This document shows, piece after piece, positions 48,201 to 63,200 of a stretch of 64,000 bases of DNA; within the stretch, counting starts at the first letter, position 1; every line of letters starts with the position of its first letter. The notes below the pieces were generated by a model. It worked only from the letters and a program-made list of their open reading frames with translations. It searched no databases and was not told where the DNA came from. The DNA is from Eledone cirrhosa (Eukaryota). Position numbers and translations under genes: made by a program. The stretch lies in the NCBI GenBank assembly GCA_964016885.1, contig OZ024743.1, forward strand, positions 350,982,001-351,046,000, in the 5' to 3' direction.

Positions 48201-51200
48201 TGATGCTGCTGCTGTTGTGGTACTTCTGCTGCTATTACTGTTACTACTACTGTTTATGCTGCTGCTGTTGTGTTACTGCTGCTGCTATTACTGTTACTAC
48301 TACTGTTGATGCTGCTGCTGTTGTGTTACTGCTGCAGCTATTACTGTTACTACTACTGTTGATGCTGCTGCTGTGGTGTTACTGCTGCTGCTATTACTGT
48401 TACTACTACTGTTGATGCTGCTGCTGTTGTGGTACTACTGCTGCTATTACTGTTACTACTACTGTTTATGCTGCTGCTGTTGTATTACTGCTGCTGCTAT
48501 TGCTGTTACTACTACTGTTGATGCTGCTGCTGTTGTGGTACTACTGCTGCTATTGCTGTTACTACTACTGTTTATGCTGCTGCTGTTGTGTTACTGCTGC
48601 TGCTATTGCTGTTACTACTACTGTTGATGCTGCTTCTGTTGTGGTACTACTGCTGCTATTACTGTTACTACTACTGTTGATGCTGCTGCTGTTGTGTTAC
48701 TGCTGCTATTACTGTTACTACTACTGTTGATGCTGCTGCTGTTGTGTTACTGCTGCTGCTATTGCTGTTACTACTATTGTTGGTGCTGCTGCTGTTGTGT
48801 TACTGCTGCTGCTATTGCTGTTACTACTACTGTTGATGATGCTGCTGTCGTGTTACTGCTGATGCTATTACTGTTACTACTACTGTTGATGCTGGTGCTG
48901 TTGTGTTACTGCTGCTGCTATTGCTGTTACTACTACTGTTGATGCTGCTGCTGTTGTGGTACTACTGCTGCTATTGCTGTTACTACTACTGTTTATGCTG
49001 CTGCTGTTGTGTTACTGCTGCTGCTATTGCTGTTACTACTACTGTTGATGATGCTGCTGTCGTGTTACTGCTGATGCTATTACTGTTACTACTACTGTTG
49101 ATGCTGGTGCTGTTGTGTTACTGCTGCTGCTATTACTGTTACTACTACTGTTGATGCTGGTGCTGTTGTGTTACTACTGCTGCTATTACTGTTACTACTA
49201 CTGTTGGTGCTGCAGCTGTTGTGGTACTACTGCTGCTATTACTGTTACTACTACTGTTGATGCTGCTGCTGTTGTGTTACTGCTGCTGCTATTACTGTTA
49301 CTACTACTGTTGATGCTGCTGCTGTTGTGTTACTGCTGCTGCTATTACTGTTACTACTACTGTTGATGCTGCTGCTGTTGTGTTACTGCTGCTGCTATTA
49401 CTGTTACTACTACTGTTGATGCTGCTGCTGTTGTGTTACTGCTGCTGCTATTACTGTTACTACTACTGTTGATGCTGCTGCTGTGTGTTACTGCTGCTGC
49501 TATTACTGTTACTACTACTGTTGATGTTGCTGCTGTTATGTTACTGCTGCTGCTATTACTGTTACTACTACTGTTGATGTTGCTGCTGTTGTGTTACTGC
49601 TGCTGCTACTACTGTTACTACTACTGTTGATGTTGCTGCTGTTGTCTTACTGCTGCTGCTATTACTGTTACTACTACTGTTGATGCTGCTGCTGTTGTGT
49701 TACTGCTGCTGCTATTACTGTTACAACTACTGTTGATGCTGCTGCTGTTGTCTTACTGCTGCTGCTATTACTGTTACTACTACTGTTGATGCAGCTGCTG
49801 TTGTCTTACTGCTGCTGCTATTACTGTTACTACTACTGTTGATGCTGCTGCTGTTGTGTTACTGCTGCTGCTATTACTGTTACTATTACTGTTGATGCTG
49901 CTGCTGTTGTCTTACTGGTGCTGCTACTACTGTTACTACTACTGTTGATGCTGCTGCTGTGTGTTACTTCTGCTGCTATTACTGTTACTACTACTGTTGA
50001 TGCTGCTGCTGTGGTGTTACTGCTGCTGCTATTACTGTTACTACTACTGTTGATGCTGCTGCTGTGGTGTTACTGCTGCTGCTATTACTGTTACTACTAC
50101 TGTTGATGCTGCTGCTGTGGTGTTACTGCTGCTGCTATTACTGTTACTACTACTGTTGATGCTGCTGCTGTTGTGTTACTGCTGCTGCTATTACTGTTAC
50201 TACTACTGTTTATGCTGCTGCTGTTGTGTTACTGCTGCAGCTATTACTGTTACTACTACTGTTGATGCTGCTGCTGTGGTGTTACTGCTGCTGCTATTAC
50301 TGTTACTACTACTGTTGATGCTGCTGCTGTTGTGGTACTTCTGCTGCTATTACTGTTACTACTACTGTTGATGCTGCTGCTGTTGTGTTACTGCTGCAGC
50401 TATTACTGTTACTACTACTGTTGATGCTGCTGCTGTGGTGTTACTGCTGCTGCTATTACTGTTACTACTACTGTTGATGCTGCTGCTGTTGTGGTACTAC
50501 TGCTGCTATTACTGTTACTACTACTGTTTATGCTGCTGCTGTTGTATTACTGCTGCTGCTATTGCTGTTACTACTACTGTTGATGCTGCTGCTGTTGTGG
50601 TACTACTGCTGCTATTGCTGTTACTACTACTGTTTATGCTGCTGCTGTTGTGTTACTGCTGCTGCTATTGCTGTTACTACTACTGTTGATGCTGCTTCTG
50701 TTGTGGTACTACTGCTGCTATTACTGTTACTACTACTGTTGATGCTGCTGCTGTTGTGTTACTGCTGCTATTACTGTTACTACTACTGTTGATGCTGCTG
50801 CTGTTGTGTTACTGCTGCTGCTATTGCTGTTACTACTATTGTTGGTGCTGCTGCTGTTGTGTTACTGCTGCTGCTATTGCTGTTACTACTACTGTTGATG
50901 ATGCTGCTGTCGTGTTACTGCTGATGCTATTACTGTTACTACTACTGTTGATGCTGGTGCTGTTGTGTTACTGCTGCTGCTATTGCTGTTACTACTACTG
51001 TTGATGCTGCTGCTGTTGTGGTACTACTGCTGCTATTGCTGTTACTACTACTGTTTATGCTGCTGCTGTTGTGTTACTGCTGCTGCTATTGCTGTTACTA
51101 CCACTGTTGATGATGCTGCTGTCGTGTTACTGCTGATGCTATTACTGTTACTACTACTGTTGATGCTGGTGCTGTTGTGTTACTGCTGCTGCTATTACTG

Positions 51201-54200
51201 TTACTACTACTGTTGATGCTGGTGCTGTTGTGTTACTACTGCTGCTATTACTGTTACTACTACTGTTGGTGCTGCAGCTGTTGTGGTACTACTGCTGCTA
51301 TTACTGTTACTACTACTGTTGATGCTGCTGCTGTTGTGTTACTGCTGCTGCTATTACTGTTACTACTACTGTTGATGCTGCTGCTGTTGTGTTACTGCTG
51401 CTGCTATTACTGTTACTACTACTGTTGATGCTGCTGCTGTTGTGTTACTGCTGCTGCTATTACTGTTACTACTACTGTTGATGCTGCTGCTGTTGTGTTA
51501 CTGCTGCTGCTATTACTGTTACTACTACTGTTGATGCTGCTGCTGTGTGTTACTGCTGCTGCTATTACTCTTACTACTACTGTTTATGCTGCTGCTGTTA
51601 TGTTACTGCTGCTGCTATTACTGTTACTACTACTGTTGATGTTGCTGCTGTTGTGTTACTGCTGCTGCTACTACTGTTACTACTACTGTTGATGTTGCTG
51701 CTGTTGTCTTACTGCTGCTGCTATTACTGTTACTACTACTGTTGATGCTGCTGCTGTTGTGTTACTGCTGCTGCTATTACTGTTACAACTACTGTTGATG
51801 CTGCTGCTGTTGTCTTACTGCTGCTGCTATTACTGTTACTACTACTGTTGATGATGCTGCTGTGGTGTTACTGCTGCTGCTATTACTGTTACTACTACTG
51901 TTGATGCTGCTGCTGTGGTGTTACTGCTGCTGCTATTACTGTTACTACTACTGTTGATGCTGCTGCCGTGGTGTTACTGCTGCTGCTATTACTGTTACTA
52001 CTACTGTTGATGCTGCTGCTGTTGTGTTACTGCTGCTGCTACTACTGTTACTACTACTGTTGATGCTGCTGCTGTTGTGTTACTGCTGCTGCTATTACTG
52101 TTACTACTACTGTTGATGCTGCTGCTGTTGTCTTGCTGCTGCTGCTATTACTGTTACTACTACTGTTGATGATGCTGCTGTGGTGTTACTGCTGCTGCTA
52201 TTACTGTTACTACTACTGTTGATGCTGCTGCTGTGGTGTTACTGCTGCTGCTATTACTGTTACTACTACTGTTGATGCTGCTGCCGTGGTGTTACTGCTG
52301 CTGCTATTACTGTTACTACTACTGTTGATGCTGCTGCTGTTGTGTTACTGCTGCTGCTATTACTGTTACTACTACTGTTGATGCTGCTGCTGTTGTGTTA
52401 CTGCTGCTGCTATTACTGTTACTACTACTGTTGATGCTGCTGCTGTGGTGTTACTGCTGCTGCTATTACTGTTACTACTACTGTTGATGCTGCTGCTGTT
52501 GTGTTACTGCTGCTGCTATTACTGTTACTACTACTGTTGATGCTGCTGCTGTGGTGTTACTGCTGCTGCTATTACTGTTACTACTACTGTTGATGTTGCT
52601 GCTGTTGTGTTACTGCTGCTGCTATTGCTGTTACTACTACTGTTGATGCTGCTGCTGTTGTGGTACTACTGCTGCTATTGCTGTTACTACTACTGTTTAT
52701 GCTGCTGCTGTGTGTTACTGCTGCTGCTATTACTCTTACTACTACTGTTTATGCTGCTGCTGTTATGTTACTGCTGCTGCTATTACTGTTACTACTACTG
52801 TTGATGTTGCTGCTGTTGTGTTACTGCTGCTGCTACTACTGTTACTACTACTGTTGATGTTGCTGCTGTTGTCTTACTGCTGCTGCTATTACTGTTACTA
52901 CTACTGTTGATGCTGCTGCTGTTGTGTTACTGCTGCTGCTATTACTGTTACAACTACTGTTGATGCTGCTGCTGTTGTCTTACTGCTGCTGCTATTACTG
53001 TTACTACTACTGTTGATGATGCTGCTGTGGTGTTACTGCTGCTGCTATTACTGTTACTACTACTGTTGATGCTGCTGCTGTGGTGTTACTGCTGCTGCTA
53101 TTACTGTTACTACTACTGTTGATGCTGCTGCCGTGGTGTTACTGCTGCTGCTATTACTGTTACTACTACTGTTGATGCTGCTGCTGTTGTGTTACTGCTG
53201 CTGCTACTACTGTTACTACTACTGTTGATGCTGCTGCTGTTGTGTTACTGCTGCTGCTATTACTGTTACTACTACTGTTGATGCTGCTGCTGTTGTCTTG
53301 CTGCTGCTGCTATTACTGTTACTACTACTGTTGATGATGCTGCTGTGGTGTTACTGCTGCTGCTATTACTGTTACTACTACTGTTGATGCTGCTGCTGTG
53401 GTGTTACTGCTGCTGCTATTACTGTTACTACTACTGTTGATGCTGCTGCCGTGGTGTTACTGCTGCTGCTATTACTGTTACTACTACTGTTGATGCTGCT
53501 GCTGTTGTGGTACTACTGCTGCTATTACTGTTACTACTACTGTTTATGCTGCTGCTGTTGTATTACTGCTGCTGCTATTGCTGTTACTACTACTGTTGAT
53601 GCTGCTGCTGTTGTGGTACTACTGCTGCTATTGCTGTTACTACTACTGTTTATGCTGCTGCTGTTGTGTTACTGCTGCTGCTATTGCTGTTACTACTACT
53701 GTTGATGCTGCTTCTGTTGTGGTACTACTGCTGCTATTACTGTTACTACTACTGTTGATGCTGCTGCTGTTGTGTTACTGCTGCTATTACTGTTACTACT
53801 ACTGTTGATGCTGCTGCTGTTGTGTTACTGCTGCTGCTATTGCTGTTACTACTATTGTTGGTGCTGCTGCTGTTGTGTTACTGCTGCTGCTATTGCTGTT
53901 ACTACTACTGTTGATGATGCTGCTGTCGTGTTACTGCTGATGCTATTACTGTTACTACTACTGTTGATGCTGGTGCTGTTGTGTTACTGCTGCTGCTATT
54001 GCTGTTACTACTACTGTTGATGCTGCTGCTGTTGTGGTACTACTGCTGCTATTGCTGTTACTACTACTGTTTATGCTGCTGCTGTTGTGTTACTGCTGCT
54101 GCTATTGCTGTTACTACCACTGTTGATGATGCTGCTGTCGTGTTACTGCTGATGCTATTACTGTTACTACTACTGTTGATGCTGGTGCTGTTGTGTTACT

Positions 54201-57200
54201 GCTGCTGCTATTACTGTTACTACTACTGTTGATGCTGGTGCTGTTGTGTTACTACTGCTGCTATTACTGTTACTACTACTGTTGGTGCTGCAGCTGTTGT
54301 GGTACTACTGCTGCTATTACTGTTACTACTACTGTTGATGCTGCTGCTGTTGTGTTACTGCTGCTGCTATTACTGTTACTACTACTGTTGATGCTGCTGC
54401 TGTTGTGTTACTGCTGCTGCTATTACTGTTACTACTACTGTTGATGCTGCTGCTGTTGTGTTACTGCTGCTGCTATTACTGTTACTACTACTGTTGATGC
54501 TGCTGCTGTTGTGTTACTGCTGCTGCTATTACTGTTACTACTACTGTTGATGCTGCTGCTGTGTGTTACTGCTGCTGCTATTACTCTTACTACTACTGTT
54601 TATGCTGCTGCTGTTATGTTACTGCTGCTGCTATTACTGTTACTACTACTGTTGATGTTGCTGCTGTTGTGTTACTGCTGCTGCTACTACTGTTACTACT
54701 ACTGTTGATGTTGCTGCTGTTGTCTTACTGCTGCTGCTATTACTGTTACTACTACTGTTGATGCTGCTGCTGTTGTGTTACTGCTGCTGCTATTACTGTT
54801 ACAACTACTGTTGATGCTGCTGCTGTTGTCTTACTGCTGCTGCTATTACTGTTACTACTACTGTTGATGATGCTGCTGTGGTGTTACTGCTGCTGCTATT
54901 ACTGTTACTACTACTGTTGATGCTGCTGCTGTGGTGTTACTGCTGCTGCTATTACTGTTACTACTACTGTTGATGCTGCTGCCGTGGTGTTACTGCTGCT
55001 GCTATTACTGTTACTACTACTGTTGATGCTGCTGCTGTTGTGTTACTGCTGCTGCTACTACTGTTACTACTACTGTTGATGCTGCTGCTGTTGTGTTACT
55101 GCTGCTGCTATTACTGTTACTACTACTGTTGATGCTGCTGCTGTTGTCTTGCTGCTGCTGCTATTACTGTTACTACTACTGTTGATGATGCTGCTGTGGT
55201 GTTACTGCTGCTGCTATTACTGTTACTACTACTGTTGATGCTGCTGCTGTGGTGTTACTGCTGCTGCTATTACTGTTACTACTACTGTTGATGCTGCTGC
55301 CGTGGTGTTACTGCTGCTGCTATTACTGTTACTACTACTGTTGATGCTGCTGCTGTTGTGTTACTGCTGCTGCTATTACTGTTACTACTACTGTTGATGC
55401 TGCTGCTGTTGTGTTACTGCTGCTGCTATTACTGTTACTACTACTGTTGATGCTGCTGCTGTGGTGTTACTGCTGCTGCTATTACTGTTACTACTACTGT
55501 TGATGCTGCTGCTGTTGTGTTACTGCTGCTGCTATTACTGTTACTACTACTGTTGATGCTGCTGCTGTGGTGTTACTGCTGCTGCTATTACTGTTACTAC
55601 TACTGTTGATGTTGCTGCTGTTGTGTTACTGCTGCTGCTATTGCTGTTACTACTACTGTTGATGCTGCTGCTGTTGTGGTACTACTGCTGCTATTGCTGT
55701 TACTACTACTGTTTATGCTGCTGCTGTTGTGTTACTGCTGCTGCTATTGCTGTTACTACTACTGTTGATGCTGCTTCTGTTGTGGTACTACTGCTGCTAT
55801 TACTGTTACTACTACTGTTGATGCTGCTGCTGTTGTGTTACTGCTGCTGCTATTACTGTTACTACTACTGTTGATGCTGCTGCTGTTGTGTTACTGCTGC
55901 TGCTATTACTGTTACTACTACTGTTGATGCTGCTGCTTTTGTGTTACTGCTGCTGCTATTACTGTTACTACTACTGTTGATGCTGCTGCTGTTGTGTTAC
56001 TGCTGCTGCTATTACTGTTACTACTACTGTTGATGCTGCTGCTGTTGTGTTACTGCTGCTGCTATTACTGTTACTACTACTGTTGATGCTGCTGCTGTTG
56101 TGTTACTGCTGCTGCTATTACAGTTACTACTACTGTTTATGCTGCTGCTGTTGTGTTACTGCTGCTGCTATTACTGTTACTACTACTGTTGATGCTGCTC
56201 TCTTTTGTGTTACTGCTGCTGCTATTGCTGTTACTACTACTGTTGATGCTGCTGCTTTTGTGTTACTGCTGCTGCTATTACTGTTACTACTACTGTTGAT
56301 GTTGCTGCTATTGTGTTACTGCTGCTGCTATTACTGTTACTACTACTGTTGATGCTGCTGCTGCTGTGTTACTGCTGCTGCTATTGCTGTTACTACTACT
56401 GTTGATGCTGCTGCTGTTGTGTTACTGCTGCTGCTATTACTGTTAGTACTACTGTTGATGCTGCTGCTGTTGTGTTACAGCTGCTGCTATTACTGTTACT
56501 ACTACTGTTGATGCTGCTGCTGTTGTGTTACTGCTGCTGCTATTAGTTACTACTACTGTTGATGCTGCTGCTGTTGTGTTACTGCTGTTGCTATTACTGT
56601 TACTACTACTGTTGGGGCTGCTGTTGTGTTAATGCTGCTGCTATTACTGTTACTACTACTGTTGGTGCTGCTGCTGTTGTGTTACTGCTGCTGCTATTAC
56701 TATTACTACTACTGTTTATGCTGCTGTTGTGTTACTGCTGCTTCTATTACTGTTACTACTACTGTTGATGCTGCTGCTGTTGTGGTACTGCTGCTGCTAT
56801 TACTGTTACTACTACTGTTTATGCTGCTGCTGTGTGGTACTGCTGCTGCTATTGTTGTTACTACTACTGTTGATGCTGCTGCTGTTGTGTTACTACTACT
56901 GTTTATGCTGCTGCTGTTGTGTTACTGCTGCTGCTATTGCTGTTACTATTACTGTTTATGCTGCTGTTGTTGTGTTACTGCTGCTGCTATTGCTGTTACT
57001 ACTACTATTTATGCTGCTGCTGTTGTGTTACTGCTGCTGCTATTGCTGTTACTACTACTGTTTATGCTGCTGCTGTGTGTTACTGCTGCTGCTATTACTG
57101 ATACTACTACTGTTTATGCTGCTGCTGTGGTGTTACTGCTGCTGCTATTACTGATAATACTACTGTTGATGCTGCTGCTGTTGTGTTACTGCTGTTGCTA

Positions 57201-60200
57201 TTACTGTTACTACTACTACTGTTTATGATGCTGCTGTTGTATTACTACTGCTGCTATTACTGTTACTACTACTGTTGATGCTGCTGCTGTTGTGGTACTA
57301 CTGCTGCTAATACTGATACTACTACTGTTTATGCTGCTGCTGTGGTGTTACTGCTGCTGCTATTACTGATACTACTACTGTTGATGCTGCTGCTGTTGTG
57401 TTACTGCTGTTGCTATTACTGTTACTACTACTGTTGATGCTGCTGCTATTACTGTTACTACTACTGTTGATGCTGCTGCTGTTGTGTTACTGCTGCTGCT
57501 ATTACTGTTACTACTACTGTTGATGCTGCTGCTGTTGTGGTACTACTGCTGCTATTACTGTTACTACTACTGTTGATGCTGCTGCTGTTGTCTTACTGGT
57601 GCTGCTATTACTGTTACTACTACTGTTGATGCTGCTGCTGTTGTGGTACTACTGCTGCTATTACTGTTACTACTTCTGTTGATGCTGCTGCTGTTGTCTT
57701 ACTGCTGCTGCTATTACTGTTACTACTTCTGTTTATGCTGCTGCTGTTGTGTTACTGCTGCTGCTATTGCTGTTACTACTATTGTTGGTGCTGCTGCTGT
57801 TGTGTTACTGCTGCTGCTATTACTGTTACTACTACTGTTTATGCTGCTGCTGTTGTGGTACTGCTGCTGCTATTCCTGTTACTACTACTGTTGATGCTGT
57901 TGCTGTTGTGTTACTGCTGCTGCTATTGCTGTTACTACTATTGTTGGTGCTGCTGCTGTTGTGTTACTGCTGCTGCTATTACTGTTACTACAACTATTAA
58001 TGCTGCTGCTGTTGTGTTACTGCTGCTGCTATTGCTGTTAATACTACTGTTGATGCTGCTGTTGTGTTACTGCTGCTGCTATTACTGATACTACTACTGT
58101 TGATGTTGCTGCTGTTGTGTTACTGCTGCTGCTATTACTGTTACTACTACTGTTGATGCTGCTGTTGTGTTACTGCTGCTGCTATTACTGTTACTACTAC
58201 TGTTGGTGCTGCTGCTGTTGAGGTACTACTGCTGCTATTACTGTTACTACTACTGTTTATGCTGCTGCTGTTGTGTTACTGCTGCTGCTATTGCTGTTAC
58301 TACTACTGTTGCTGCTGCTGCTGTTGTGGTACTACTGCTGCTATTGCTGTTACTACTACTGTTTATGCTGCTGTTGTGTTACTGCTGCTGCTATTGCTGT
58401 TACTACTACTGTTGATGCTGCTGCTGTTGTGGTACTACTGCTGCTATTACTGTTACTACTACTGTTGATGCTGCTGTTGTGTTACTGCTGCTGCTATTAC
58501 TGTTACTACTACTGTTGGTGCTGCTGCTGTTGTGGTACTACTACTGCTATTGCTGTTACTACTACTGTTGATGCTGCTACTGTTGTGTTACTGCTGCAGC
58601 TATTACTGTTACTACTACTGTTGATGCTGCAGCTGTTGTATTACTGCTGCTGCTATTACTGTTACTACTACTGTTGATGCTGCTGCTGTTGTGTTACTGC
58701 TGCTGTAATTACTGTTACTACTACTGTTGATGCTGCTGCTGTGATGTTACTGCTGCTGCTATTGCTGTTACTACTACTGTTGATGCTGCTGCTGTTGTGT
58801 TACTACTGCTGCTATTGCTGTTACTACTACTGTTGATGCTGCTGCTGTTGTGTTACTGCTGCTGCTATTACTGTTACTACTTCTGTTGATGCTGCTGCTG
58901 TTGTGGTACTGCTGCTGCTATTGCTGTTACTACTACTGTTGATGATGCTGCTGTTGTGGTACTGCTGCTGCTATTGGTGTTACTACTACTGTTGATGCTG
59001 CTGCTGTGGTGTTACTACTGCTGCTATTGCTGTTACTACTACTGTTGATGATGCTGCTGTTGGTTACTGCTGCTGCTATTGCTGTTACTACTACTGTTGA
59101 TGCTGCTGCTGTTGTGTTACTGCTGCTGCTATTACTGTTACTATTACTGTTGATGCTGCTGCTATTACTGTTACTACTACTGTTGATGCTGCTGCTGTTG
59201 TGTTACTGCTGCTGCTATTACTGTTACTACTACTGTTGATGCTGCTGCTGTTGTGTTACTGCTGCTGCCATTACTGTTACTACTACTGTTTATGCTGCTG
59301 CTGTTGTGTTACTACTGCTGATATTCCTGTTACTACTACTGTTTATGCTGCTGCTGTTGTGTTACTGCTGCTGCTATTGCTGTTACTACTACTGTTGATG
59401 CTGCTGCTGTTGTATTACTGTTGCTGCTATTGCTGTTACTACTACTGTTGATGCTGCTGCTGTTGTGTTACTGCTGCTGCTATTGCTGTTACTACTACTG
59501 TTTATGCTGCTGCTGTTGTGTTACCGCTGCTGCTATTGCTGTTACTACTACCGTTTATGATGCTGCTGTTGTATTACTACTGCTGCTATTACTGTTACTA
59601 CTACTGTTGATGTTGCTGCTGTTGTGTTACTGCTGCTGCTACTACTGTTAATACTACTGTTGATGCTGCTGCTGTTGTGTTACTGCTGCTGCTATTGCTG
59701 TTACTACTACTGTTTATGCTGCTGCTGTTGTGTTACTGCTGCTGCTATTGCTGTTACTACTACTGTTGATGCTGCTGCTGTTGTGTTACTGCTGCTGCTA
59801 TTACTGTTCCTACTACTGTTTATGCTGCTGCTGTTGTGTTACTGCTGCTGCTATTGCTGTTACTACTACTGTTTATGCTGCTGCTGCCGTGTTACTGCTG
59901 CTGCTATTGCTGTTACTACTACTGTTTATGTTGCTGCTGTTGTGTTACTGCTGCTGCTATTACTGTTACTACTACTGTTTATGCTGCTGCTGTCGTGTTA
60001 CTGCTGCTGCTATTACTGTTACTACTACTGTTTATGCTGCTGCTGTGTGTTACTGCTGCTGCTATTACTGTTACTACTACTGTTTATGCTGCTGCTGTTG
60101 TGTTACTGCTGCTGCTACTACTGTTACTACTACTGTTTATGCTGCTGCTGTTGTGTTACTGCTGCTGCTATTACTGTTACTACTACTGTTTATGCTGCTG

Positions 60201-63200
60201 CTGTTGTGTTACTGCTGCTGCTATTACTGTTACTACTACTGTTGATGCTGCTGCTGTTGTGTTACTGCTGCTGCTATTGCTGTTACTACTACTGTTGATG
60301 ATGCTGCTGTCGTGTTACTGCTGCTGCTATTGCTGTTACTACTACTGTTTATGCTGCTGTTGTGTTACTGCTGCTGCTATTACTGTTACTACTACTGTTG
60401 ATGCTGCTGTTGTGGTACTGCTGCAGCTATTGCTGTTACTACTACTGTTGATGCTGCTGCTGTTGTGTTACTGCTGCTGCTATTACTGTTACTACTACTG
60501 TTGATGCTGCTGCTGTTGTGTTACAGCTGCTGCTATTACTGTTACTACTACTGTTGTGCTGCTGCTGTTGTGTTACTGGTGCTGCTATTGCTGTTACTAC
60601 TACTGTTGATGCTGCTGCTGTTGTGTTACTGCTTCTGCTATTACTGTTACTACTACTGTTGATGCTGCTGCTGTTGTGTTACTACTGCTGCTATTGCTGT
60701 TACTACTACTGTTGATGCTGCTGCCGTTGTGTTACAGCTGCTGCTATTACTGTTACTACTACTGTTGATGCTGCTGCTGTTGTGTTACTGCTGCTGCTAT
60801 TAGTTACTACTACTGTTGATGCTGCTGCTGTTGTGTTACTGCTGTTGCTATTACTGTTACTACTACTGTTGGTGCTGCTGTTTTGTTACTGCTGCTGCTA
60901 TTACTGTTACTACTACTGTTGGTGCTGCTGCTGTTGTGTTACTGCTGCTGCTATTACTATTACTACTACTGTTTATGCTGCTGTTGTGTTACTGCTGCTT
61001 CTATTACTGATACTACTACTGTTGATGCTGCTGCTGTTGTGTTACTGCTGCTGCTATTACTGTTACTACTACTGTTGGTGCTGCTGCTGTGGTGGTACTG
61101 CTGCTGCTATTACTGTTACTACTACTGTTGATGTTGCTGCTGTTGTGTTACTGCCTCTGCTATTACTGTTACTACTACTGTTGATGCTGCTGCTGTCGTG
61201 TTACTGCTGCTGCTATTGTTGTTACTACTACTGTTTATGTTGCTGCTGTTGTGTTACTGCTGCTGCTATTGCTGTTACTACTACTGTTTATGCTGCTGCT
61301 GTTTTGTTACTGCTGCTGCTATTGCTGTTACTACTACTGTTGATGCTGCTGTTGTGTTACTGCTTATGCTATTGCTGTTACTACTACTGTTGATGATGCT
61401 GCTGTTGTGTTACTGCTGCTGCTATTGCTGTTATTACTACTGTTTATGCTGCTGTTGTGTTACTGCTGCTGCTATTACTGTTACTACTACTGTTTATGCT
61501 GCTGCTGTTGTGTTACTGCTGCTGCTATTGCTGTTACTACTACTGTTGATGCTGCTGCTGTTGTGTTACTGCTGCTGCTATTGCTGTTACTACTACTGTT
61601 TATGCTGCTGTTGTGTTACTGCTGCTGCTATTACTGTTACTACTACTGTTGATGCTGCTGCTGTTGTGTTACTGCTGCTGCTATTACTGTTACTACTACT
61701 GTTTATGCTGCTGCTGTTGTGTTACTGCTGCTGCTATTACTGTTACTACTACTGTTTATGCTGCTGCTATTGTGTTACTGCTGCTGCTATTACTGTTACT
61801 ACTACTGTTGCTGCTGCTGCTGTTGTGTTACTGCTGCTGCTATTACTGTTACTACTACTGTTTATGCTGCTGCTGTTGTGTTACTGCTGCTGCTATTACT
61901 GTTACTACTACTGTTTATGCTGCTGTTGTGTTACTGCTGCTGCTATTGCTGTTACTACTACTGTTGATGATGCTGCTGTTGTGTTACTGCTGCTGCTATA
62001 ACTGTTACTACTACTGTTTATGCTGCTGTTGTGTTACTGCTGCTGCTATTACTGTTACTAGTACTGTTGATGCTGCTGCTGTTGTGTTACTGCTGCTGCT
62101 ATTACTGTTACTACTACTGTTTATGCTGCTGCTGCTGTTGTGTTACTGCTGCTGCTATTACTGTTACTACTACTGTTTATGCTGCTGCTGTTGTGTTACT
62201 GCTGCTGCTATTACTGTTACTACTACTGTTGATCATGCTGCTGTTGTGTTACTGCTGCTGCTATTACTGTTACTACTACTGTTTATGTTGCTGCTGTTGT
62301 GTTACTGCTGCTGCTATTGCTGTTACTACTACTGTTGATGATGCTGCTGTTGTGTTACTGCTGCTGCTATTACTGTTACTACTACTGTTTATGCTGCTGC
62401 TGTTGTGTTACTGCTGCTGCTATTACTGTTACTACTACTGTTGATGCTGCTGCTGTTGTGTTACTGCTGCTGCTATTACTGTTACTACTACTGTTGATGC
62501 TACTGCTGTTGTGTTACTGCTGCTGCTATTGCTGTTACTACTACTGTTGATGCTGCTGCTGTTGTGTTACTGCTGCTGCTATTGCTGTTACTACTACTGT
62601 TGATGCTGCTGCTGTTGTGTTACTGCTGCTGTAATTACTGTTTCTACTACTGTTGATGCTGCTGCTGTTGTGTTACTGCTGCTGCTATTGCTGTTACTAC
62701 TACTGTTTATGCTGCTGTTGTGTTACTGCTGCTGCTATTACTGTTACTACTACTGTTTAGGCTGCTGCTGTTGTGTTACTGCTGCTGCTATTACTGTTAC
62801 TACTACTGTTGATGCTGCTGCTGTCGTGTTACTGCTGCTGCTATTACTGTTACTACTACTGTTTATGCTGCTGCTGTTGTGTTACAGCTGCTGCTATTAC
62901 TGTTACTACTACTGTTGATGATGCTGCTGTTATGTTACTGCTGCTGCTATTACTGTTACTACTACTGTTTATGTTGCTGCTGTTGTGTTACTGCTGCTGC
63001 TATTGCTGTTACTACTACTGTTGATGCTGCTGCTGTTGTGTTACTTCTGCTGCTATTACTGTTACTACTACTGTTTATGCTGCTGCTGTTGTGTTACTGC
63101 TGCTGCTATTACTGTTACTACTACTGTTGATGCTGCTGTTGTTGTGTTACTGCTGCTGCTATTACTGTTACTACTACTGTTTATGCTGCTGCTGTTGTGT